63,781 bases of DNA from a virus (IMGVR_UViG_3300047409_000439:1-63781); one strand, 5' to 3'; numbered from the stretch's first letter, positions 27,238-37,531 are shown. Notes: generated from the sequence alone by a model not told the origin. Numbers and translations are program-made.

Positions 27238-28916
27238 GCCGGTCCGAGATAATACGGATTGGATTTATCCAGCGGCAAACCCCAGCCGTAATTCTGGGTC
27301 GGCGGATTGGACGCTTGATACTGTAGAATTTGATTGGTCTGCTGTTCCGTCGTCGCGTTGGACGTATTGTACAGGCCCAAATCCTGCGAATAGGTCGCGA
27401 CTTGCTCAGGCGTCGCCGGAGGCGGCGCGTTGGCGGGGTTCGCATTATAATTGCTGAAGCTCAAGAGCGACTGCATTCCCGGAATGCCGCTGATCTGGGA
27501 CATGATATTGAGCCCATCGTTCAGCTGCGCGACGATATCGTTGAGCGCGTTGGTCTTCTGCTGCTCGGTAAGGTCCTTGTTGTTGAGGATTTGCGCCGAC
27601 GAGGCCAAGGATTGGGCATACATGGACGCCGCGCCTTGCGAATTGGCCAGCAGCATCTTGTTGCTCTCGCCCATGGCTTCGATCTGGGTCTTGATCCGGC
27701 CATCGGCGAGCACCGTCTGAAGATTGCCGTCGTTCTGCATCTGCTGGACGATCTGAGAGTTGGCGTTGTTCATCGACGCAATCGCCTCCTGCGTCGCCGA
27801 GACCTTGTCCTGCAACGTCATTTGCGTGCTGCTCTGAATGCCCGCGATATACTGCGCCGAAAGATTGTTGGCGCTGGCGAGCGCGAGGCTGGCGGCGGCG
27901 GCCTTGTCCTGCACGGAGAGTTGGGTTTCGGATTGCAGTTGTCCGAGATAGGTCTGCAAGCCTACCTGACTTTGCTGGATGATCTTCTGGGTCTCGTCCT
28001 GCATCTGCTGTGCCGACAAGGTCGTATCTTGTTGAATGCGGGCGATCTGCTGCGCATTCGTGTTGTTCATATTAGCGATGATCTGCTGACTTTGATTGAC
28101 CTTGTCCTGCGCCGTCAGGGTCGTATCGGAATTGAGCTGGGCGATCTTCTCCTGCGAGGCGGTTTGCAGCGCGGCCAGCAGCTTCGAGGTCTCGCTCTGC
28201 TTGTCCTGGACGGTCAGCGCGGTATTGCTTTGGATGTCGGCCAGGACCCGGCTGGTCTGGTCCTGCATCTGCTGCGCCGTCAGCGTCGTATTGCTTTGCA
28301 ATTGCGCGATCCATTGCGAGGTCGCGGCCTGCAAAGTTGCGATGTCCTTGCTGCCCGCGATCTGCTGCGCCTGCTGAGCAAAGGTATTGGCCGCCGTCGC
28401 CTGGAGGTTGGCGGCGGCGTTGGCCTGCCCAGCGTTATACTGGCTGGTCGCCGTGCCGAGCTGGGCGTTCTGTAGCGCGGCGGCGTTCTGTGAAGCTGCA
28501 CCGAACTGGAGCGCGGCATTCTTGGCCGTCGTCGTATCGGTCGCGGCCTTAGCGTAGGTCGCGGCGTCACTGGCGGCAATCGGGGTTGCTGCGGCGATGA
28601 CGGCTTGCTGTCCCGCCGTGACCCCGATGCTGGAGTTGATCAGGCCGCGCTGGGCCATCTGCTCGCGGGCGGAGGTCTCCGCCTGCTGCATCAAAGGCGA
28701 GCCCGTCGCGATGATGTCCTTGAGGTTCTTCGCCGTCGTCTGTTCCGGCGTGACCTTGAAGGCCTCCGGGTCGTACGAGGTCGCGGGCGCGGCCTGAGCG
28801 CTCGCTTGCGCCGGGTTGTAGCCGGTAACCTGCCCGACGCCGGGCGCGGTCGTATTCGTCAAACCGGGCGGAGCCGTGCTGTTGATCAAACTCGGAATGT
28901 TATATGGATCAGCCAT
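27234..28916 (-). CDS. Gln-rich coiled-coil ejection/pilot-like protein
   Basis: Repeats such as IAQLQSNTTLTAQQMQD and IAQLNSDTTLTAQDK; start MADPY. Confidence 0.7.
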   Translation of the reverse strand: MADPYNIPSLINSTAPPGLTNTTAPGVGQVTGYNPAQASAQAAPATSYDPEAFKVTPEQTTAKNLKDIIATGSPLMQQAETSAREQMAQRGLINSSIGVTAGQQAVIAAATPIAASDAATYAKAATDTTTAKNAALQFGAASQNAAALQNAQLGTATSQYNAGQANAAANLQATAANTFAQQAQQIAGSKDIATLQAATSQWIAQLQSNTTLTAQQMQDQTSRVLADIQSNTALTVQDKQSETSKLLAALQTASQEKIAQLNSDTTLTAQDKVNQSQQIIANMNNTNAQQIARIQQDTTLSAQQMQDETQKIIQQSQVGLQTYLGQLQSETQLSVQDKAAAASLALASANNLSAQYIAGIQSSTQMTLQDKVSATQEAIASMNNANSQIVQQMQNDGNLQTVLADGRIKTQIEAMGESNKMLLANSQGAASMYAQSLASSAQILNNKDLTEQQKTNALNDIVAQLNDGLNIMSQISGIPGMQSLLSFSNYNANPANAPPPATPEQVATYSQDLGLYNTSNATTEQQTNQILQYQASNPPTQNYGWGLPLDKSNPYYLGPA

Positions 28917-28972
28917 TTTACCTTCCTTCAACAACACGGCCCGATTGGTTTAACGCGAAGCGTGCCTTAGCT

Positions 28973-29650
28973 TTATAAGGCTAAAGCCCCATTCGGCTTC
29001 CTGCGGAACAGGAACATCAGCCCGAGCAAGCTCGCCCCTAACACAGCCCCGGAAGCGGGTTCCGGTACTCCAACAGCGACGGTCGAGGAGGAGACCGTGC
29101 CGGAGAAGCTGGCTCCGAAGCTGCACAAGGTCGAACCGCAGATAGCCAACGCCGGATTGACGTTGGAGAAGCTGAGGTTGAACGTACTCGGAGCCCCCAG
29201 ATTGGACGCCGCAATCACGCCCGAAGTCAGATTAAGCGTGTCCGGAGGATTGCTGACGTTGACAACCAGACCAGGACCTCCCAGAGCGCCGATAGCGGCG
29301 TCCTGGAACGTGCCCGAGAGGTAGTTGACGCCCGCGCAACCGGCAAGGCTGGTCAGGCAGAACGAGCCATTGAAATGCTGCACGACCAAGCCGAATGCCG
29401 TTGCCGCCGGATCAATGCTGGCTGCCGTCAAGCCGAAATTGGCAATGATGGGCGTAACATTGCCAAACAGCTGGCTGATGTTGATGTTGGCGTTGGCGCT
29501 CAACGTCGTTGCCGTATTCGCGCCGTTCGCCGTTGCTACGATGGTATTGCTGCCCGACGTTTGACCGAAGGCGCTGAGCTGGATCGGTACAGCTTGGGCA
29601 GGAACAGTCCAGGCTAAAGCTCCAAGGCCCATGATGATAAGACGTTTCAT
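28973..29650 (-). CDS. PEP-CTERM sorting-domain exported protein
   Basis: Signal peptide MKRLIIMGLGALAWTVPAQA; C-terminal VPEPASGAVLGASLLGLMFLFRRK. Confidence 0.88.
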   Translation of the reverse strand: MKRLIIMGLGALAWTVPAQAVPIQLSAFGQTSGSNTIVATANGANTATTLSANANINISQLFGNVTPIIANFGLTAASIDPAATAFGLVVQHFNGSFCLTSLAGCAGVNYLSGTFQDAAIGALGGPGLVVNVSNPPDTLNLTSGVIAASNLGAPSTFNLSFSNVNPALAICGSTLCSFGASFSGTVSSSTVAVGVPEPASGAVLGASLLGLMFLFRRKPNGALAL

Positions 29651-29751
29651 TGTCATTACTTTCTCCATCTGCCCCATGAGATTGTCCATTCGCCTACCGG
29701 AGGCTAGAACAGTAGACACATAATACATACTGCACGGCTTACGCGGACGGT

Positions 29752-31830
29752 TCAGCCGTAGAATTTCGTGACGAGCCAATTTATCGTTTGGGTTACGCCG
29801 GAATTTTGCTGCCCGTACAAACCAAGGCCCGAAACCGAGATTAGCAACAGCGATCCTTGGTTTATGAGAGCGGCACGCGCATCCAAACCATCACAAACAA
29901 CTACCGCACAAGCGGAATAACTCGCTGTGCCAACCCCATAAAGATAGGCATGAACAAGCCAAAGCCCTGTTGAAAAGGAAATGCCGGAATTGACCAGTGT
30001 ATTTGAAGCAACAGGCGTTTGGTTGCTCTGCGTGCTGTATCCATAACTACAACGCAACGCTCCCGTAGTCACGCTAACATCGCCGTTCGCTTCAATTCGC
30101 ATACGCAGAGCGTCTTGCGTATGGAAATAGATCGGGGTCGCGGAGCGTGTCGCCAATGTAAGACCGCCAAAACCATTTGCATATAAGACCGTGCCGCTCG
30201 GTCTAAAAATAGTGCTTGTCCCATAACCCGATCCGCACAGCATAAGAATGCCGCTTGTCGCGTCATTACCCATTTGAAACATTGCAGACGCGCCGTTACC
30301 CGTATTAACATTTCTAATAAAGCAACGGGTATCTGTGTTCTGATTTAATTCGATATGAAGGGAAAATAGAGGGTTATTCGTCCCGATCCCGACATTGCCG
30401 CTCGCGTCGATCCGCATGCGTTCGACGCCTGCCGTCAAAAACAGCATCGCGTCAGGAGCGCCGCCATTATTCACGCTCCCATAGACAACCTGACCTCTGG
30501 GGACGCCTGCATTATTAAGAAAACTGATACCGCAATACCTCGCTTGTCCAGGAGACACATCCCGAAACCGGACAATCGCGTTGGCAGTATCGGCTGCAGT
30601 CTGTATCATTACCGCATCAGGTTTGCTGGCATCAGTCTGGATATGCAGCAAATCGGTCGGATTGGTAAGATTGATCCCGACAAAACCATTGGAGTCAATC
30701 CGCATGCGTTCCGGAGTAGCTCCAGGCGTAGAAGGTGCAGCCGATCCGGAACGGAAGATCATCGCCGAACCGCCGCCGCCGCTCTCCAGCGTCAAGCCAG
30801 CGCCGCCCGGAAGTTCATAAATTCGGGACGCAGTAACGCCATCGCCATCACGGTTGAATTGTATATCCCCGCTCTTGGCTGAATTACCGAGGATCAAAGA
30901 ACCGGGAGCTAGTTTGAGGCTTCCTGTTTCTATCAATTGCGCAGCGAGGATAAAGGAGGAATTGTTCAAGACATAAAACGAGAGGCCGCCATACGCATTG
31001 CTGATATGATACTCCCCGATCCGGCCAACGCCTGGACCGCCAACAGCATTGCAAATCTCCAGCATACCTCCGTTTATGGACACATCGCCCGACCCATTGT
31101 TGATGATCATACGCTGCGTTGAATTTCCTACCGTTGTTGTTCCCCCTCCGACCAGGAACACGAGAGGCGCATAGCGGCTCTCTATGTACGTTGCAGCAGC
31201 AGAGGCAAAGATACCGCCAGCAGCAAGGCCGTCCGTCTGCCGGTTTAAGGTCAGCGTACCAAGCGAGCCTGTTTTCCCTAAAGTCAAAGGTCCCGTTGCG
31301 CTGATCGCTCCTGTCGTATCGATCCGCATCTTTTCCGTGCTGTTGCCGGTCGCGAACAGCATGGGACCGCTGCCGCTCGATATTCCCAAGCCAGCACCGA
31401 AGGAAGCCAGATACCCAGCATTCGGTAGCTGGACGCCAGACGCCGCAACGTTATCGCCGAGATGATAAAGCGCGGAGTAACTGGAACCAGCGGCGACCCG
31501 GAAAGACGCCGCAGCGTTGACCCCCGGATTGGGATTGGTAAACCGTAACGTCGCGCTGGCATCGACGCTTTGTGCAATATCGACAAAAGCTCCAGGCGTA
31601 CTCGTCCCGATCCCGAGAAGGCCGCTGCTTGTGATAATCATACCGGGCGCGGTCGTGATGCCGGTCGCCGTGAAGTTGTTGATCAGGAACGTGCCGGGAG
31701 CGCTGCCGGTAAAGTCGGGGAACTTGTCGAAGCCGCCCTGAATGGCGAGGAACTCGCTGCGTACGGGCTGGCTTGCGCCGAACGAGGAGGTTGCGGGCGT
31801 GCCGGAAGCAACATAGAACGGGTTTGTCAT
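29752..31830 (-). CDS. Tail fiber protein
   Basis: Repeated E[KR]MRIDxxGxVGIG and GIGTxxP motifs. Confidence 0.85.
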   Translation of the reverse strand: MTNPFYVASGTPATSSFGASQPVRSEFLAIQGGFDKFPDFTGSAPGTFLINNFTATGITTAPGMIITSSGLLGIGTSTPGAFVDIAQSVDASATLRFTNPNPGVNAAASFRVAAGSSYSALYHLGDNVAASGVQLPNAGYLASFGAGLGISSGSGPMLFATGNSTEKMRIDTTGAISATGPLTLGKTGSLGTLTLNRQTDGLAAGGIFASAAATYIESRYAPLVFLVGGGTTTVGNSTQRMIINNGSGDVSINGGMLEICNAVGGPGVGRIGEYHISNAYGGLSFYVLNNSSFILAAQLIETGSLKLAPGSLILGNSAKSGDIQFNRDGDGVTASRIYELPGGAGLTLESGGGGSAMIFRSGSAAPSTPGATPERMRIDSNGFVGINLTNPTDLLHIQTDASKPDAVMIQTAADTANAIVRFRDVSPGQARYCGISFLNNAGVPRGQVVYGSVNNGGAPDAMLFLTAGVERMRIDASGNVGIGTNNPLFSLHIELNQNTDTRCFIRNVNTGNGASAMFQMGNDATSGILMLCGSGYGTSTIFRPSGTVLYANGFGGLTLATRSATPIYFHTQDALRMRIEANGDVSVTTGALRCSYGYSTQSNQTPVASNTLVNSGISFSTGLWLVHAYLYGVGTASYSACAVVVCDGLDARAALINQGSLLLISVSGLGLYGQQNSGVTQTINWLVTKFYG

Positions 31831-33941
31831 ACTCTAACTCCGCGACGTTGCGTATAGTGATAGATGATGCTGTTGATGGTATAGGTTGGAATGAAATCGG
31901 TTGAGGAATAAATCGTCAGTTGAATATTCTCCGCCGTGCCCCCGATATCCATGTCGGAAGGCGCAAGCGTAGAGCCGTCCCAAGTGAATTGATCCCAAGT
32001 GAATTGATCCCAATTCTGCGCTAACGCGAACGATGAAACAAAGGTCAAATCCAATGGCTGCGCGACGAAAGGCAATTTCCAATTGAGGTTGTAGCCCAGC
32101 ATCACTTCCGCATAGCCATTGCCTTGCATCTCGATAGAGAGCGCCCGGAAGCGTTTCAGCACGCGCGGGCTGCGCAAGTTGTCCCAAGCCAGCGTCAGAT
32201 ACGAATTAATCGGCTGGCCATCGAAGCTCGTGCCGATATCCATCTGATAGACATAGCCCAGATTATCGCTGCTGCCGAAATAGATTTTCTCCGCGCCGGT
32301 CGAGACATTGCTCACATCGATGCAGTTGACGGGATTGGGAAACTGAACCGGAATTGCGCCCAGATACTGCTGGTTGACCATCGTCAGATACAAGCCGTAA
32401 CCGTCCTTGAAGAAGACGCGATACTGACCCTTGGTATGAAACACGCAGGAGGTTGAAATCTTCGTCCGCTGCTGAATGATGAAGGGCAAAAGGTTCTTGG
32501 TCAGCGAGGAGCTGGCGAAGTTGCCGAAGTTCAACGTCGTCTGAACTGTGATCACGCCCAGCGAGTCGAAGACAAAAACATCGAACAGATTTTGGATGCT
32601 GCCAGGGAGAGCGCCGATGCCTGTGTTGAACGTGACGTAGTTGAAGGTCGTGCGATCTGTGCCGTAGAGGAAGGCTGTGTTCTCCGCTTGGAAGACAGCC
32701 AAGGTTGCTGTCGTCTGTGCGCCCGGCACAGTAACCATTCCCGTCACTGTGCCGCCGGTTGCAATCTCCCAAGCCCCGTCCGTCGCTGTCCATTTGAACG
32801 GCTGCGCCGGAGCGCTGCCGATAATGGAGCCTTGCAGCGAAAAGATCAGATAGCCCTTATGACAGACGACATGTTTGGGCGCATCGGGGTTGGCTCCGGT
32901 CGGGATCGGGGTATACGTGACGCCATCGAACTCATAGCCTTTGTTGACGCCGTCGCAGCCATAGACCTTCTGCTGGCCGCTGGCGCTGCTGAAATTGTAC
33001 TTGTCATGCTCCCATACGCCCCCCGGCAGGAGCGTGATGGCTGTCTGCGCGCCGGAGAGGGTCAGCACGCCCCCGCTGCTCGACGTTGCTGCTCCGGCTG
33101 CAAAGTTGCCCCCTGTTGGATTGGACAGTACGAGCGTTCCAGCAGCACTGCTTGCGCCCGTCGTGCCCGTAGACCAGACAACTCTGAGAATGGTTGCATG
33201 GACTGCGCCTTGCGTCAGCGTATCGCCTTGAAGGGGCAAGACGCTGCTCGCTGTAAACGCGATCTGATTGTTGAGCGCGACAGAAGTCCAGCCTGACGTG
33301 CTCGCTTGATATAAATTGACCGCCGTGCCGCCCGCATTAGCGCGAAAGGCGAAGACCTTATCCTGGTTCCCGACGACGAGATGAAAAACATCCAGTATGG
33401 GACCGGAGCCCGGAACTGGATTGATCAGCGCGCGATAGACATTGGCTGCCGCTGCCGTATACATCGCATTCTGTTTGCCGGTAATGGTCGCGAGCGCCGG
33501 AATGGGAATGCCGACATCGTTCGCGCCATCATGGACCATATGCGTTGTATCGAAATTGCCCAGCACTTGCGTCAGCGCGACATACGTCGCGCCCGGCATC
33601 TGGCGTACGGCGACGACCTTGCCCGTCGCAACCGAAACATCCTGATTGAGCACGTCGCCTACAGCGGGTTTGAACAGGAAGGCGGTAAACTGGACGATGA
33701 CATAACCCGCAGCGGAAGGCGCGAACTTGCCGTCGAAGCGTTCATAGCCTTCGATGCGGGCATATCCGCCCGCTTGCGTGCATTCGTAGTTCTGCGCTGT
33801 CCGCAAGCTGCCTGGAGGCAGGGACAAGCTCGGCGTGACGAGGTCCAAACCGCCCGGATAGGGGATACCGGAACGGGTCTGACCGCCGCCTAAGCGGGTA
33901 ATGGCATATTCGGTTTTGGGGAATTTGGCGCGGGCGTTCAT
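31827..33941 (-). CDS. Tail nozzle/tubular protein B-like (P22 gp10/T7 gp12 position)
   Basis: 704 aa, beta-rich; GGLDL start, GTSFDG..I, WDQFTWD; follows the adaptor gene. Confidence 0.65.
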   Translation of the reverse strand: MNARAKFPKTEYAITRLGGGQTRSGIPYPGGLDLVTPSLSLPPGSLRTAQNYECTQAGGYARIEGYERFDGKFAPSAAGYVIVQFTAFLFKPAVGDVLNQDVSVATGKVVAVRQMPGATYVALTQVLGNFDTTHMVHDGANDVGIPIPALATITGKQNAMYTAAAANVYRALINPVPGSGPILDVFHLVVGNQDKVFAFRANAGGTAVNLYQASTSGWTSVALNNQIAFTASSVLPLQGDTLTQGAVHATILRVVWSTGTTGASSAAGTLVLSNPTGGNFAAGAATSSSGGVLTLSGAQTAITLLPGGVWEHDKYNFSSASGQQKVYGCDGVNKGYEFDGVTYTPIPTGANPDAPKHVVCHKGYLIFSLQGSIIGSAPAQPFKWTATDGAWEIATGGTVTGMVTVPGAQTTATLAVFQAENTAFLYGTDRTTFNYVTFNTGIGALPGSIQNLFDVFVFDSLGVITVQTTLNFGNFASSSLTKNLLPFIIQQRTKISTSCVFHTKGQYRVFFKDGYGLYLTMVNQQYLGAIPVQFPNPVNCIDVSNVSTGAEKIYFGSSDNLGYVYQMDIGTSFDGQPINSYLTLAWDNLRSPRVLKRFRALSIEMQGNGYAEVMLGYNLNWKLPFVAQPLDLTFVSSFALAQNWDQFTWDQFTWDGSTLAPSDMDIGGTAENIQLTIYSSTDFIPTYTINSIIYHYTQRRGVRV

Positions 33942-34042
33942 CGCTGTCCTATCAGGAGGAAGATGATCGTGCTGAAAAGGGTGCCGCAGAAGCCGCCAGC
34001 GATGAAGCCGAACCAGAACACAAGGGCGCGGGCTTCGTTCAT
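33938..34042 (-). CDS. 34-aa single-TM peptide
   Basis: MNEARALVFWFGFIAGG...; ATGA overlaps with both neighbours. Confidence 0.45.
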   Translation of the reverse strand: MNEARALVFWFGFIAGGFCGTLFSTIIFLLIGQR

Positions 34043-34758
34043 GCCAAGGCGGCGGCCATGCGGGCGCGCGGGCCGTATTGCCGTTCGAGTTGGGTCAGCA
34101 GCTCGCCGAAGCCGTCGAGGCCGCGCTCCATGACCTCGGGCGCAGCCTCGTAGGAGCCGTAAAAGATCATGCCTTTGTAGACGATGGCCATATGATATTG
34201 CGGCGGCAATCCGACCGGAATATCCAGATCGGCGGTCATCGCCGAGGGAGCCTGATAATAGTCTCCGGTGACCGTATACTGACCATTCGAAGGCGGGCCG
34301 ATGCAGAGCGATTTGTCGGGACCGATGGCGAGGGCGACGGGCCGGGTTTTGACATCGCGATTGGCCCCGTACATATAGGCGTCGCGCCAGAAATCGTAGC
34401 GGATATCGGTCATGAAGATTTCCGATCTCGGCCCGACGCTCGTCGTATAGTTGCGGAAGCTGGCTTTGGCCCATTTGCCGCCGAACAATAGAGGATCGAG
34501 GCCTATGGTCCCTGGCCCGGTGCCGAGCGGGATCGAGGCTTGCCCCGGATCGGGCACGAAACTGACGCCTTGGCCGAGCAAAGAACTCGACCGCATCCAT
34601 TCCCAATCGTCATGCAAGGTTTGCAGCTCGTTCCAGGATGTATTGACCCAATTGACGAAGCGCTGCTGTTCGCCCTGCTGATTGAGCATGCTGTTCAGCG
34701 TGACATTGGTCGCGCCGCATTCGGTCGCTAAGCGCTGGCCGAGCTGGAGATAGTTCAT
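34039..34758 (-). CDS. Head-tail adaptor (tubular protein A-like)
   Basis: MNYLQLGQRL...WVNTSWNELQ...WEWM, LPPQYHMAIVY. Confidence 0.7.
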   Translation of the reverse strand: MNYLQLGQRLATECGATNVTLNSMLNQQGEQQRFVNWVNTSWNELQTLHDDWEWMRSSSLLGQGVSFVPDPGQASIPLGTGPGTIGLDPLLFGGKWAKASFRNYTTSVGPRSEIFMTDIRYDFWRDAYMYGANRDVKTRPVALAIGPDKSLCIGPPSNGQYTVTGDYYQAPSAMTADLDIPVGLPPQYHMAIVYKGMIFYGSYEAAPEVMERGLDGFGELLTQLERQYGPRARMAAALA

Positions 34759-34765
34759 ATCCGCC

Positions 34766-35281
34766 TCAGTAGTTGCGCCGCCGCATCTCGGTCAGCCATG
34801 CCCGGCCCTTCGGGTTCCTGTCTTCGAGCACCTGGAAGGCTTGATAGGCCGAAGTGAAGCGGTTGATCCGGTTCATCGGGGTCTCGTCGCCCGGTTTGCC
34901 GAAATCGGTTGTGATCTTGTCCTGCTTGGCCTTGATCAGGACAGCGAGATACTTGCGCTTGACCGTCAGCTCAACGCTGACCGGGATATACGGCAGCTCG
35001 AACCAGCGGCCCTTGAAATACACTTCGCAGCCCTTGCCGTTGACCCAGATCGGAATGGCGGTCGCGGCGTTTGCTTCCGTGCTCGGATCGAGCCGGATGA
35101 CAACAGGTTCTTCGTTGAAGGCGATTTCATCCAGCAACTCGCTGTTGCGGATAAGCGATTCGTCGGCCCGCACGACATTGCGCGGATGGATCAGGACATC
35201 GCCGATGATGGGCTCGGCTTGTTCAATGGGAAAATCTTCCGAATGCACCTGTTTGCGGCGCAGCGGGATCGGTCTCGGCAT
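34766..35281 (-). CDS. Hypothetical protein (structural cluster)
   Basis: ORF between decoration and adaptor genes; start MPRPIP. Confidence 0.6.
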   Translation of the reverse strand: MPRPIPLRRKQVHSEDFPIEQAEPIIGDVLIHPRNVVRADESLIRNSELLDEIAFNEEPVVIRLDPSTEANAATAIPIWVNGKGCEVYFKGRWFELPYIPVSVELTVKRKYLAVLIKAKQDKITTDFGKPGDETPMNRINRFTSAYQAFQVLEDRNPKGRAWLTEMRRRNY

Positions 35282-35408
35282 GAAGCGGTCTTTCTCTTGA
35301 AGGAAGGCGGACAGCGGTATGCCTGTGCGCACAGACAACACCCGCCGCCCGTCCCCATCCTTTCACATCAAATCAAAGCGCTGATACGGCGCGTTCTGCA
35401 CGCGCCGG

Positions 35409-35891
35409 TTAAGCGATTTGCGGACGATCAGGAATGCAAATCACGTCCTGGAAAACCTGGGTAACGCCGGTTGCGGCATTGGCGCTGGTGCCGAAGACCC
35501 AGCCGCCCGCCGCCGCCGTCGGCCCGGCTTTGACCATGATATAGCCAATCGGACAGAAGTCGTTCGGCGGGCTGCCGAAGTTGGGGGCGTTGATGAAATT
35601 GAGACCCGCATCGAGCGGCGCGATGGTGCCTTGCACGCATTTGACATTGCCCGCTGCATCATAACCGACGAGATAGACGCAGCCATTGTTGGGTAGGAGC
35701 GGCAGGAACGGATTGCCGGTCGCGGCATCGGTCGTCGGGGTCGGCGCATTGGCCAGCGCCGCCTTGGAATAGGCCTTGCTGCGGATGCTGTAGAGGGTCG
35801 TGCCGGTCGTGACGAGCGTGCTCGTCGTGCCCGCCGCCAGCGCCGCCTTGCTCAAGCACAGAGTAACCGGAGGATAGGATTGAAGGTCCAT
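35409..35891 (-). CDS. Putative capsid decoration protein
   Basis: Ala/Thr/Gly-rich, downstream of the capsid gene; PIGYIMV similar to its neighbour. Confidence 0.55.
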   Translation of the reverse strand: MDLQSYPPVTLCLSKAALAAGTTSTLVTTGTTLYSIRSKAYSKAALANAPTPTTDAATGNPFLPLLPNNGCVYLVGYDAAGNVKCVQGTIAPLDAGLNFINAPNFGSPPNDFCPIGYIMVKAGPTAAAGGWVFGTSANAATGVTQVFQDVICIPDRPQIA

Positions 35892-35906
35892 TTGCCGTTG
35901 CCTTTC

Positions 35907-36425
35907 TTAGCTGGCGAGAGTGTTGGGATTGAACCCGCCGACAGGCGAGACAAAGACCGCGTTGGGAATGACGGTCGCATCGTCCAGCGGCGTCGTGCCG
36001 CCGACGAAATTCCCGGTGCCGGTCGGATTGATGACGATATACCCGATCAGCGCTTTGTTCGCGGGGAAGTCCGGGAACGAACTCGACGCCAGCGTCGCGC
36101 CTTGGCCGCCCATCGCACTCGTCTTGACGCCAGCCGCGTCGATGAAGAAACAGAACACGTTCCATTTCCCGTTCTGGACCGTGCCGACGAGGGCAGGCAT
36201 GTCGGTGCTGGCCGGGAGCGTGACGAGGTCGCCGTTGACGCTGAACACGGTCGCGGCTGGACCGGATTTGGCGACGGGGTTCGTCGCCGATTTGATGACG
36301 AGGCCCGCGCTGCTCATCGCCTGATTGGACGTGCTTTGATACAACGGGGTCATGATCTTTCGAATGGCTTCCTGCGTTGCGCTGTCGCGTATCGCCTGAA
36401 GCAAACGGGCTAAACTTTCCGCCAT
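35907..36425 (-). CDS. Putative capsid decoration protein (paralog-like of 35409-35891)
   Basis: Start MAESLAR after GGAG RBS; LIGYIVI, FVGGTT. Confidence 0.55.
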   Translation of the reverse strand: MAESLARLLQAIRDSATQEAIRKIMTPLYQSTSNQAMSSAGLVIKSATNPVAKSGPAATVFSVNGDLVTLPASTDMPALVGTVQNGKWNVFCFFIDAAGVKTSAMGGQGATLASSSFPDFPANKALIGYIVINPTGTGNFVGGTTPLDDATVIPNAVFVSPVGGFNPNTLAS

Positions 36426-36439
36426 GGGTTCTACTCCTG

Positions 36440-37513
36440 TTAGGTCAGGACTTTGGAGCCGGTGTAGCCGACCGCCATCCAGCCCTGGTTTTCGATCATG
36501 ACGGCCTTGTACCAGATGGTTCCGGCATAGCCGCGCTGTCCCATGGGATCGGATTTGGACTTGTCGCCGGGCGGCAGGAAGGTCGGGTTCAAGGATTCCT
36601 TGCCGCGTACCGCGATCTGGCCCCAAGCGTCCTGCGCCGTGACGATGAAGGGATAGACATCGATCAACGCGCCGGTCGTGCTGTACAGCCCGGTTGCGCC
36701 GACCGGCCCGCCGCCGTCCTGGATACTCGGCAGATCGGGGCTGGTGATGAAGCGGAAGCGCTCGCATTTGCCGATTTCATTGGGCATCGGCGTGCCGGAC
36801 GCATAGCGCTCGGAGGGGGTGAAGTTGGGAATGTCGCGGATATCCGGTTCCAGATCGGTATGACAGTATACCGTAAAACCTTCCGCGACCGGATCGGTGC
36901 CGTATTTGCCGCTCGCGCCCAGGACCCGATTGACCGGCTTGCCATGGTTGGCTTGCAGGTTCTTAGCGATCTTTCGGATCATGCCGAGCGTCAATGCGCC
37001 GCTGACGCTGCCGACGCTGTTGGCTCCCGCGCCCGCATAATAGACATTGGTGCAGGCTTTCAACGCGCCGTAGATGATCATCTCGTTGACGAAGGTGACG
37101 CGCTCGCCGATCTGTTCGATCATCGCCTTCGGGATATCGTCTTCATACAGATCATAGGTCTTGTCGGAGAAGCCGTAGAGACAGCCGTACTGTTGAATGA
37201 CGACAGTGATGTCCTGCGGCACGATGCTGTCCGGCCCCGGCGTGACGCCTTCCTGGATTTGATGGGCCTGGATGACGGCCTGATCGCGGTTGCCGATGCC
37301 GTCCTGGAAGAAGCGGTTGATGGTATTCTGATTGAGCGCCGTTGCGCCGTACGGCAGCCAGCGTCTCGCGACATAGGTATCGGAATTGTTCTTGGGCAAT
37401 TGAATTTGCCGTCCGGTCTTGCCCAGGACTTCGACCGGCACGGCATGCGCCAGAATTTGCCCCTTGAACTTGTTGATTCGACCGGGGGTCAAGGAGAAGG
37501 TTTGTAAAGCCAT
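36440..37513 (-). CDS. Major capsid protein, N4-gp56 family
   Basis: EGVTP, QQYG, HTDLEPDIR, EIG..E..RF, SKSDPMGQRGY motifs. Confidence 0.9.
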   Translation of the reverse strand: MALQTFSLTPGRINKFKGQILAHAVPVEVLGKTGRQIQLPKNNSDTYVARRWLPYGATALNQNTINRFFQDGIGNRDQAVIQAHQIQEGVTPGPDSIVPQDITVVIQQYGCLYGFSDKTYDLYEDDIPKAMIEQIGERVTFVNEMIIYGALKACTNVYYAGAGANSVGSVSGALTLGMIRKIAKNLQANHGKPVNRVLGASGKYGTDPVAEGFTVYCHTDLEPDIRDIPNFTPSERYASGTPMPNEIGKCERFRFITSPDLPSIQDGGGPVGATGLYSTTGALIDVYPFIVTAQDAWGQIAVRGKESLNPTFLPPGDKSKSDPMGQRGYAGTIWYKAVMIENQGWMAVGYTGSKVLT

Positions 37514-37531
37514 GATAGGGTCCTCGTTGGG

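Noticed and set aside
29752-31830. Diversity-generating retroelement target in the tail fiber
   Set aside because: No reverse transcriptase and no template/variable repeat pair seen; the lower-GC 3' end is better explained by module exchange
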